From Amoebidium appalachense (Eukaryota; Protista; Ichthyosporea): DNA of 64,000 bases. Location of the stretch: assembly GCA_963693365.1 (NCBI GenBank), contig CAVNZM010000013.1, forward strand, positions 5,136,640 to 5,200,639. Direction: 5' to 3'. A model generated the notes under the pieces. It was not told where the DNA came from. It did no database searches and saw only the letters and a program-made list of their open reading frames with translations. The position numbers and the translations under genes are program-made. This document shows, piece by piece, positions 33,509 to 64,000 of the stretch (the stretch's first letter is position 1; every line of letters begins with the position of its first letter).

Positions 33509-35202
33509 TGTGTGTGTGTGCGCGTGCGCTATAATTTTGTAGTGATGTGTTTCTCAAGCCAATCAATACATCTAATAAACAGGTCGTAGTTACGCGTGTT
33601 TAGTATAAAATCAAGGATGTTGTAATTTACAGGTAGGCTATCTTTCTGGGTGTCTGTTGTGAATGTGACGTGTGTGTGTTGCGGTATTATGTGGTCTATC
33701 AAACTACATTTGGCGATACATGACCGGTTAAACTGGTGTGTGTGTGTGTTGTTTGGGCATGCAAATGATGCCACCTTATACTTATTAGATCTCCACTGTA
33801 TAGCACGTGTACAGTAAAAGCGTGGTAATTGATCAATAATACCATCAGCTAGAGAAAGACCAGTTCTACAGGAAGGTAATATGTATTTAGGTGTTATACA
33901 CTTGCGAGTGCCATATTTGGCAATATGGTTGAGGCGGTCAGTATATATAAAACGAGACATAAGGATTAGTTTTTCAAGGTGTATGCTTTCATCGGGTCTA
34001 GTGTCGTGTGGTATCTTTTTCCATTTGTTATATTGCGTGATTATCTTGTGATTGTGTACATGTTTAATAAGTAAGTGGCAGTCCAAAGTCACACACACAC
34101 TATTGCGGGGTTTATTTGTATTTGTGCCCAGGGGAGAAGGGGAGAGAGAGGGGAGGAAAGAGGGGAGAGGTGAGGAGGGGACAGGTCGGATAGAGAAGAG
34201 AGGGTGGGAGGGCAAATACTTCTTTAAGCGGCTTATGTGCTTATTGAATTTCAGCGCGAGATAGGATACTCTAGCAGCTATTGGGACCAGACCATATATC
34301 GAGAGCGTTACAGGCCCAGGTTTACAACAGTTGTTAGATAGAAAGGAGGCAACTTCTGCTTCAAGGAAATTTGCCAAGGGTTTAAGCGCTCTAGTTCTCT
34401 CTTTCTTGATCCAAGCGGCGAGAAGGGGTAAACCATATTCACATGCCGGGAAGACAAAAGTGCGAATAAATGTAAGTCTAATAGAAGGATGGAGGGGTGT
34501 GTCTTTAAAAATATTAGCCGAGAAGAAAGCTAACCGCTTACGAGCCAACTCTACCCTCTTTTCGACCATATGGGGAAACATAACACCAACAGAATCAACC
34601 GGAACACCAAGATATTTGTATTCTGGAACTATAGGTACAGGTTTAGATGATAATGTAAATGTGTGTAAATTGTTAGCTATATCAGGTACAAGAACACCAC
34701 ATTTGTCTATGTTAAGGATCATAAGGTTTGCCTTGCACCACTCTGACACTACATCGAACAATCTTTGCAGGCGTCTAGGGGTACGGGCAAGGAGGGACAG
34801 ATCATCAGCATAGAGAAGTGCAGGCGGAAAGTTATTAATAGGGTCATCGTTTTCGGCGTAAATCTTGACAGCCAAATCATCTATAAATAGGTTAAACAAA
34901 AAGGGGCTAAGCAATGAACCCTGCAAGAGACCTCTAGTACGAGCAAAACCATATGAAAGATGCCCATTAACCACAGCTCTACCATAGGTTTGAGACAAGA
35001 GTGCTTCTAACAGAACACCAATGCAGTGTGGTACACCCCGTGCAGCAAGCTTTTCCCATAGGAGACCAGGGGAGACAGAATCGTAAGCAGTTTTCCAATC
35101 AATAAAGCCAACATATTGTGCACCAACTTGCATAGAATCGTGCAGTGCCATTATTTGAACATAACATGAATTGTTTTTACGAAAAGCGGATTGGCATGGA
35201 AA
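33180..35202 (-). mobile_element. LINE-like element copy 2 (5'-truncated, ~2.0 kb)
   Basis: RT ORF plus 3' UTR: (CA)n, an internal A-tract, then a ~195-bp terminal segment ending ...GCGTAAACCCCCC. Confidence 0.9.
33529..35202 (-). CDS. Non-LTR retrotransposon reverse transcriptase (5'-truncated ORF, ~557 aa open)
   Basis: QSAFRKNNSC, FIDWKTAYDSV, GLLQGSLLSPFLFNLFIDDL, LLYADD, LNIDKC, YKYLGV are RT subdomains of LINE-type elements; Cys/His-rich C-terminus (CPNNTHTHQFNRSC). The frame is open upstream of the listed ATG (35151) to 35202. Confidence 0.93.
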   Translation of the reverse strand, partial: FPCQSAFRKNNSCYVQIMALHDSMQVGAQYVGFIDWKTAYDSVSPGLLWEKLAARGVPHCIGVLLEALLSQTYGRAVVNGHLSYGFARTRGLLQGSLLSPFLFNLFIDDLAVKIYAENDDPINNFPPALLYADDLSLLARTPRRLQRLFDVVSEWCKANLMILNIDKCGVLVPDIANNLHTFTLSSKPVPIVPEYKYLGVPVDSVGVMFPHMVEKRVELARKRLAFFSANIFKDTPLHPSIRLTFIRTFVFPACEYGLPLLAAWIKKERTRALKPLANFLEAEVASFLSNNCCKPGPVTLSIYGLVPIAARVSYLALKFNKHISRLKKYLPSHPLFSIRPVPSSPLPSFLPSLSPSPLGTNTNKPRNSVCVTLDCHLLIKHVHNHKIITQYNKWKKIPHDTRPDESIHLEKLILMSRFIYTDRLNHIAKYGTRKCITPKYILPSCRTGLSLADGIIDQLPRFYCTRAIQWRSNKYKVASFACPNNTHTHQFNRSCIAKCSLIDHIIPQHTHVTFTTDTQKDSLPVNYNILDFILNTRNYDLFIRCIDWLEKHITTKL

Positions 35203-35612
35203 CTACCAATCAGTGCGCTCGATTTTATCGGCTTCGGCTGGCCGTGAGCCACCATGAAGTGATCCGGTGACGTCATTTTCAAAATCGTGACATCTCAATG
35301 ACATCATGCAATTATGAACCGTTGACGTCATGATTGAGAAAGGCCGACATAGACCTTAAAGCGTATGTAGGCCTACATGTGCAGTGACTGTACATATCAT
35401 GCCTGTACGCTCGGCGCAGGCTGAACGTTCATATGCACACCTCACACCTCATACCCATACTGGCACATACTCACAGGCTAGATAAGTCTCCCCCCCCCCT
35501 CCCCCCCCCCCCCCCCCCCCCCCCCCCCACCCCCACCGCCCCCCCTCCTCCCCCCTCCACCACCTTCAGGGCTCCTCGTCCCCATTCTCCCTGTTGCCAT
35601 CATACCACCGCT

Positions 35613-35779
35613 ATGCCTGCCAGCGACCTTGTGGCGGCCACGGAGGCGCTGGGGGCCGAAAATGCACGGCTGCTTGGGCGGCTGCTGGAGGCTGCCCGCG
35701 AGCTGTGTGCACGGGAGGCGGCCCTGCAGATGGACATCAGCCGCCTGCAAGCAGACAGGCGCCAGCTAGAAGAGGACAG
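35613..35779 (+). CDS. Orphan GC-rich coiled-coil-encoding exon (gene fragment)
   Basis: MPASDLVAATEALGAENARLLGRLLEAARELCAREAALQMDISRLQADRRQLEEDR with heptad character, an upstream CAG acceptor at 35568 and a GT donor at 35780; no convincing downstream exons found. Confidence 0.45.
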
Positions 35780-36347
35780 GTCTGTGCCTCGCTGGCCCCC
35801 CCCCTCCCCCCCCCCCCCCCCTTTGCAGGCCAAAGTGTCGTCCAGGCCAAAGTGTTGTCATCTCTAATTAAAATCCAGGTCGTCAAATTTGACTGATCTA
35901 GGGTGAATATCGGGCAGGCCAAAATGCACCCCCCCCCCCCCCCCCACTACCCTGGGTGACAGGGGGGTCAGAGGGTTTGTATGTGGTGGGAGAAACACAG
36001 TGTGGGCGGGGGGGGGGGGGGGGGGGAGGAGGGGGGTAATAAAAAATCATTGTCGTAACCTTTCCCCCCCCCCCCCCCCCCCCCCCCTACAGTCCGTGTC
36101 CGCGCGCAAGATACTGCGCTGACCAGTGCCGAGGTCATTATCTTAAAGTTTACTTAGTCGTTTTGAAAAGACTTCCAGAGTCCGTCTCTATTATCTTTAC
36201 CCCCCTCCCCCATCCAGGCGCCCCAGTGGGTTCCTGCCACAAAAAAAAAAAAAAAAAAAAAAAAAAACCAAGCGGACAAGCATCTAAGAGAGAGAAAGAG
36301 AGAGAGAGAGAGGGAGCGAGGGAGGGGGGGAGGGGGGGGGGGGGGAG

Positions 36348-36421
<74 letters not shown>

Positions 36422-36958
36422 TGAGAGAGAGAGAATAGAAATATATTCAAGTACAGTTAGCAAAGTCTGTTTATCATGATAAAAAGCGGCCCTGCTACTG
36501 TTACATCTTGACTATTTGGCACCAGACACGTAGTACACGAGTAATTATAAGGGGCTACCCCTCCCCATTTGCCTCATAGACATCGGCATTGAGGTTTTCA
36601 TCAACCTCCAGACCATTGAAATACTTTACGCGGAAAAGAAATCCCCTTTTCTGGGCACCCCCCACTGTGTGTTTGCATGTGTGCGTGTGTGCGTGTGTGC
36701 GTTTGTGCGTGTGTTTTCGGACACTCGCAAGTGTGTATGCCTGTGCTCGTGCACTTGTGTGCGCGCAACTGTGTGTGAAGGAAAGAATGGGAGGGGGGAG
36801 GCCCCAAGAGAGAGAGGAGTTATTATTAAGCGGAGGGAAAGGAGAAGTATGTGGACACGTATGCTTTGGGTTGTGCTTTGATTTTTATTATTATATTATA
36901 TTTTTATTTTCATTTGTTTATTTATTTTTCTTTTTTTTTTTTGGGGGGGGGGGGGGGA

Positions 36959-37213
<255 letters not shown>

Positions 37214-39303
37214 GAACCGGAATTTCATATAGCAAAGCCTGATCTCCCAACCCTATCACAGGAGGCAGGGGAACACCGTAAAGCCAGCAAACCGTGTACG
37301 TACCTACGAGCTTCAGCTCCTTCAGCCTTTCTTGAGCTGCCAATGCGAAGATCGTCTCCCTCGTCCGTATCCACCTGCACACGTAGAAGGTACAACGGTT
37401 ACTATTGAAGTTATCTTTCTAAGTAGAGCTTTCACCAATGCTTTGGGTTTCAAGGGCTCTCTTTCCAACAAACAACAGGACAAGGCCTTGGCAACCACTA
37501 ACAACAAACAGTACTAACCAGAGAAACAAAGCGCCTATGCAGCACAGGTACTAGCCAACATCATAGAAAAAGATCAGGCACAGACAAAATGCCAGGCTTG
37601 CAGTAAGACGACTATGTACCACATCAGCAATCTTGCACGAACATCCAAAACACATCCAACCCATCTAGGATATGCAACTGTATATTAATGGATACCTTTT
37701 GGATATACAAACGATATGTAGGATGGTTTCGGTCGAACATATCAATACCATCCACTGGATATATACAACATGTCTATTTCATCCTGACCTCCAACCGATG
37801 TCCAATACATGTGTAGTTGCATGCTTAGATATATTGATCAAGATATTGCACCCCCATTAGATATCACATATGGATATCCATGCTGTACCTCCATTGAGCA
37901 TCGTTGTGATATCACATATCTGGATATGCAATCAATGCTTATATGGATACATAATTGCACCTATAATGGCCATTAAATACACATTAGATGCATATGAATG
38001 CAGACCTATAATAAGCACGCGTGTCATAGAAGCGGTGCTAGGAAAGCAAGTGTCAAAGAAGCATGGGTCGTACGTCTTTCGTGAGAATCTTTCGTGTGAC
38101 TGCCCACGGTATGTGTAGAAACCTAGCTCTATATCTTCTCTCGTCAAAACTCACGCACGGTAAAGCTTCGCGCATGGTCACGTGCACATGCACACACGTG
38201 ACGGTGACACGGGAAAAAGGACGCACAAAGAGGCCTTCATCTGTCTTTTGCCCACTTTTGGTATTTTTGAACAACTTTCGGCCGTCCCCCTAGCGTTTTG
38301 CCCGGGAAACCGACCTAAAATCAAAGCGCATGTGTCGACAGCGTGCTCTTATCGGAGTCGATCACCCAATCAAAATAGGTATTTTGTAAACAAGTAGGGG
38401 CTTATGGGTATCATCTGGGGGGAACAGGAAACACCAGGCTCGGTAACGCTTACTTCCTCTTAGATATCGCGCAGTAAGTCAAAGTCAGGTTCCTTACTAT
38501 ATTTACGAGGAATTTTGTCCCATTTTTGCCTTGAAAATAGGTTCAGGTGGCACAGAGTTAATTTCCTTTACAATGGCACCCAAAAAAAAGGAAGAAGCCG
38601 AAGGTGTGAATTTTTTAACCAAACAATATGCAAATGCTAGTGTGAGTGCAGGCCCTGCAGGGCATTGCAGGAAAGCAATATTTCCGAGGATAGCCCAAAT
38701 CTAACCCATCAACGAGGGGAAACATTAGCGAGTGAAAAGCTCGTGATTCTCTTCGCAGGGCCTACAGAGTTCGATCAAGCTTCCATGCTTCAGCTGCAGA
38801 CGTCAAATTTCGTTGTAGTTTAGTTCTGCGCGTCCTTTTCGTTTTATAACAGTTTAGGCTTGTATTACCCTTATAAATACAGTCCACCTACTGCAGAAAT
38901 TTTTGTTAGTAAGCGAGAAGAGCTACGTATTTTAGATAGCTCCAACATTAGTTTCATTTTTGTTCTAGTTATACTAGCGAGCCTTTCTTCGACACTGAGG
39001 CTACTGATGGGATGCCCGCTATCAAGGGCTGTGTCTGAGGTGTATGGGCACATGTATGGGTATTAGAGCAAGTGTATAATATTAGGAGCTCCAGAAAGGT
39101 GTCGCTTTATAGATGGTGGTCGTTATACGGAACCTCTGCAGACGATACCTTATAATAGTTGAGGTGCATCCAACGTTGGTAGGTCAGCCAACAGCCCTGC
39201 CTGTGTTTCACTCGCCATTTGCAGGACACTCATATGAGGAATATGAGCACACTCAAGCATACACGTGCGTCTATGCGCCTTGAAACACACACGCGCGCAA
39301 TCA

Positions 39304-39365
<62 letters not shown>

Positions 39366-40036
39366 GACAGACAGACACACACGCACACACGCACACACAC
39401 ACACACACACACCACACACACGCGCGCGTGCGCTCGCTCGCGCAGCACACACGCGCGCACACAAACACACACGCTATACGTAACTGCAGCTGAGGCGATT
39501 CACTCGCAAGTCACATTATTACTCTCTTTGGGACACACACATCGACAAGGGATATTTGCCTTCCAGCCCGTCGTGAAGCAGGCACGTTGCACGCACGTTC
39601 ACGTGCACGTTCGCATGCACACACGTGTTGACACAAACACGGGAGCTAGACTTGGAAAAGATCACGCAAAGCACATCCCCAAATCACACAGCACGGTCAC
39701 TTACCGAGGCATTTCTCGTAAGCACAACCTTACATGCACGCCTATGCTAGTCACTCTTTTCAACAACCAGGCACACGTCACAAGGCATGCCTTGAGGTTA
39801 TGGTTTTTTTCTCTTCATTCGGCATTGCCCTGCCAGAAGCATAGTCTTTGTTCCGTTTTCTACCCTTTGGATTTGTGTAAACGAAGTATTTGCCCGAAAA
39901 TAGCTAGCTATAGCCAGATAAATTCACGTTCCCTTGAGATCGATTTTCTGTGGGTAGTGTTAAACACCAAAACACCGAGCAAGTGGTAAAGGGTATGGCA
40001 AAAAGGAAAGGAAAGTTTTTTTTTTGTTCCACACTT

Positions 40037-40067
<31 letters not shown>

Positions 40068-40322
40068 GGGTTGCGGGGAGGGGAGGGGGGAGGGGGTGAG
40101 TAGAGGAAACCGGCCGAGGGCCACGATTTTGGAGTTTTGGTTATTAAGCATGTTCACTTCTTGGATGAGCGAATTCTCTGCCTGTTCTACTGTTCCGCTT
40201 GGATGAGCGACTGACCACAAGAATGCCCGGGTCTGGGGGTGGACATACTTTAAGTTTGTGTGTGTGGTGGAGGGAGTGGGCTGTTTGTGTCCCTGTGTGT
40301 GCCTGTCTGTGCGTGTGTGTCT

Positions 40323-40373
<51 letters not shown>

Positions 40374-40379
40374 GCTCTT

Positions 40380-40415
<36 letters not shown>

Positions 40416-40490
40416 TGTGGTGTGGTGTGGTGTGGTTTGTGGGTGCCTGTGTGTGTGTTAGTGCTTTGTGTGTTGGGGTTTTTTTTTTTT

Positions 40491-40521
<31 letters not shown>

Positions 40522-40671
40522 GGGGGACAGCAGAGGAGAGGGGCGTGGGTGGGGGGGGGGGGGTGGGGGGGGGTCTGTCAGAGGCGCGAGTGCAGATCAA
40601 GCAGTCCCTTTGTAATTTTTATTACTCTCCTATCCATATTCACTATGTTGGCGACCGTTTTGATTCCCCCC

Positions 40672-41042
40672 GGAAGTATCGACTTAGGTATCGACGGGGG
40701 AGCTTCCTAGAAGCCCCGTCTCCTGAGTTCCTATCTATATTTTTCTTGCTTCTGCTTACTGCTGCAACTTTACCCCCCGGCCTTTCCCACTGCCCTTGCC
40801 TGCATAAGCAACCCTGCTCGTCTCTGATCAAGACGGGTGACCTACTCATGTTCAAGTGAAACAGTATCTGAGTTGGGTTTCGTTAACGAGGGGAATAGGT
40901 CGAAACTCGGGTACTGTGGATGACGTGGGCCCCCCCTGAGGATGGGCTCTGCTTATTATGCATACTCTTTATGTATGGCTTGCATTCTGCATCGTGTTAT
41001 CCGTTTGTTCTTGTGTACTTCGTACTTTTTGACGCATTCAAA
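40672..41042 (+). mobile_element. ~370-bp interspersed repeat (SINE-like/retroelement end), copy A1
   Basis: Near-identical to 47518-47888 and 58732-59079; preceded by C6, ends GACGCATTCAAA followed by poly-C. Confidence 0.85.
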
Positions 41043-41060
41043 CCCCCCCCCCCCCCCCCC

Positions 41061-41094
<34 letters not shown>

Positions 41095-41752
41095 TAATCA
41101 AAAGCATAACATCTGACTTTGCAAATCCGTTCATTATAGGTGCAGAGAGGGATCGAGGAAGGTTGCAGCCGGCCAGGGGACCTGCCGGGCCCGCCATCCC
41201 CCCGTGTTTTCCGCTCCATACCAGTGCTCACCATGTTAATTTATTGGGCGCCAGGCCATATTTGGTGCCCGACCTGGGTCGTGGCAGCCCGTTTTTCCCC
41301 TGAGACTTCATATACGTTCCGTCTTTAACGATTTTTGACGGTTTGGTGGTGCACCGGCGGCTGGAGAGGCTAGTCACCACCTTAAAGTAAACACCCTTTT
41401 CCTTGTGTGTGCTTTAGGCACTGGCGTGATGCAAATAGATGTGCATGACTCTTTGAAGCAATGTCAAATATTTAGGTGTATGTGAACTTTGTTCATCTGT
41501 GTGTGTGCATGTGCACGCATGGACAGAGAGACGGTACCATTGCATTTGGCACACCGGAAAAAAAGCTTTTGCACATACGGGCACACGCATTTCGAATGCT
41601 ATGGCATGGACATCAGCACATATGCATGCATACATTGCAGTGCTTTGAGTGCACGTGATTGTGAATGCACATGTGCACTTGCTGTGCAGCTCAGAAGGGA
41701 ACTCTCGTACACACGCATGCGCGCGCGCAGACACACACACACATACATACAT

Positions 41753-41803
<51 letters not shown>

Positions 41804-42034
41804 CACATGCACAGGCACATGCACAGGCACAGGCACCTTCTGCATGCACACCCCCCGCTACCAAATAAAGCTATGTGCTCCTGGTTTACCCAAGGTTACC
41901 GATGCATAACAAAATGCAACTTGCAGTATTGAATCATCCTTCCCCCCCCCCCCCCCCCCCTTTCCCCCCTTTTCCTGACTAGAGCACACATGTTGCCCTT
42001 GCTCACTTTGCCCTGCTTGCCCAATATAAGAACG

Positions 42035-42068
<34 letters not shown>

Positions 42069-42613
42069 ATTTCCCACCTTTGTAACGCTTCGTTGTTGCT
42101 CTTTGTTGTCTCCTCCATATTTCCAACCCTCTAACGCATACATCACCCCCCCCACCCACCCACCCACCCACACACACACCCACCCACCCCTACCCCACCC
42201 CACCCCACACACACACCTACGAACTCCCCATCTTCACTCTCTTACCCTCTCTTTCTCCTTAGGTATTCACACACACGTACATCTGCATGCTGCACTTTGA
42301 CAATCAGGCTTTGCATAGATTGCCTAGTCATAGCAGAGCACCCACACCAGTCGAATGTGTTAAGATTAGTGATATATGAAACAGTGGGGTGTTGCTAAGA
42401 GACACACATGCATCTGGTTGCTCACGTTTACAGGTACATGGGTAAAGGGGGTGGAAGAGGAGGGACAGAGGGGGGAGCAGGGGGGAGGGGAGGGGAGGGG
42501 GGGGAGGGGGGGGGGGAGGGGGGATGGAATGAAGTCGTACACAATTAGATAAAAAATAGACTGAGTGAGTGAGGAAAAAGAGAGAGATAAGAGACATTGA
42601 GAAAAGAGATTGT

Positions 42614-42677
<64 letters not shown>

Positions 42678-42971
42678 GGAGGGGTAAGAGAGAAGGTAGA
42701 GAATGACGGCGAAACAGAAGGAGAGATCGGGAGAGTGATACTCACATGCGTTACGGACTTTCACATGTACCTATATTGGCCCACATTTACTGCTCAGTTG
42801 TGGAAACGTAGCCAGAATTGCACACATATTTTCGACAAAATGCCCACAGCCCTCCTCCACCCCTTCCTTACTCCCTTCAACTCCCTTTCGCGATCTCTCG
42901 CTGCCGTAATGAAGAGAAAAGAAACCTCAGAAGTGAACACTCAGGGGGGGGAAAATCGGGATACGTACTAA

Positions 42972-43054
<83 letters not shown>

Positions 43055-43422
43055 GGGGGGGGGGGGGGGCGGTGTGTATGTGCGTGCGCGCGCGCGAGCC
43101 ATGTTTGTGTGTGAGGCTATGTGTGTGTGTGTGTTGTGTGTCTGTGGGTCCGCACGGGCGCGAATGTGCGTGTGAATGTGATTGTCCGTCTCTCTTTCTC
43201 TCTCTCTCTGTTTGTGTGTGTTCACTCCCCCTACCCTCCCCCTCCCCCCCTCCCCCCTCCCTCACTCTCTCTTTCTCTGTGTGTGCCCGTGATTGTGTCT
43301 GTGTGCACACACACATGTCTGTGTGCATGCAGGCGAAGGGGACGAAGTAAGCAACAACAACACAAGAATAAAGCTAACATTTTCCCCTTAATGGCCACTG
43401 ATTTTTTGGGCAGCAGGTCAAG

Positions 43423-63848
<20,426 letters not shown>

Positions 63849-64000
63849 GTGGGATGTGTTCTATGCCACAAAAAAGAGGAAAAGAGGAAAAGAAAGGAGG
63901 AAGAAGAGGATGTGTTGTTGGGATGGAGATGGGAAGAAGGGAGGGAAAAGAAGTAAAACATGGGAGAGTGGATGTTTGCCCTTGTGTGCTGTTGGGTGTT

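Noticed and set aside
31667-35202. Penelope-like element with pseudo-LTRs, or LTR element, suggested by the tandem partial copies
   Set aside because: RT motifs (D.KTAYDSV, QGSLLSP.LFN, YADD) are non-LTR type; no GIY-YIG, integrase or TG...CA LTR seen.
31378-35358. TTAA-flanked Kolobok/piggyBac-like DNA transposon hosting the LINE dimer
   Set aside because: TTAA sites exist on both sides, but no matching terminal inverted repeats were found.
37305-37375. Minus-strand mini-exon (WIRTRETIFALAAQERLKELKLV) reminiscent of a pogo/CENP-B helix-turn-helix
   Set aside because: Too short and has no partner exons; not supportable.
40900-40950. Hammerhead ribozyme in repeat A (GAAAC at 40902 and CTGAGGA at ~40936)
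   Set aside because: The core words are present, but I could not form stems I-III around them in any permutation; reported only as an unclassified structure.

Overview
Eukaryotic, intron-rich genomic DNA saturated with (CA)n/(GT)n, (CT)n/(GA)n and poly-C/poly-G tracts, so most of the supplied ORF track is microsatellite noise. A unicellular holozoan/protist origin is plausible but is only an inference. I reconstructed two multi-exon + strand genes by hand from GT-AG sites and frame continuity. (1) 9931-27766, 28 exons, about 2,880 aa, secreted: signal peptide, four F-type (fucolectin-like) lectin domains, one PAN/apple domain and 19 bacterial-style SdrD-B/Cna-B-like repeats with Pro-rich linkers. 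(2) A WNK-family kinase starting at 43423 (22 exons visible, runs off the window) with a very long Gln-rich disordered tail. Between them lie a cluster of 5'-truncated non-LTR retrotransposon copies (RT domain intact in one), an orphan coiled-coil exon and other relics. A ~370-bp non-coding repeat recurs many times, always in the same orientation and almost always ending at a C-run (AAA + poly-C in the best-preserved copies); the LINE ends the same way. Most interesting: a possible poly-C/G-tract-targeting retroelement system with a structured RNA, the intron-modularised bacterial-type adhesin, and an apparent microsatellite-based splice-site grammar (poly-C after donors, (CA)n directly up to acceptors).
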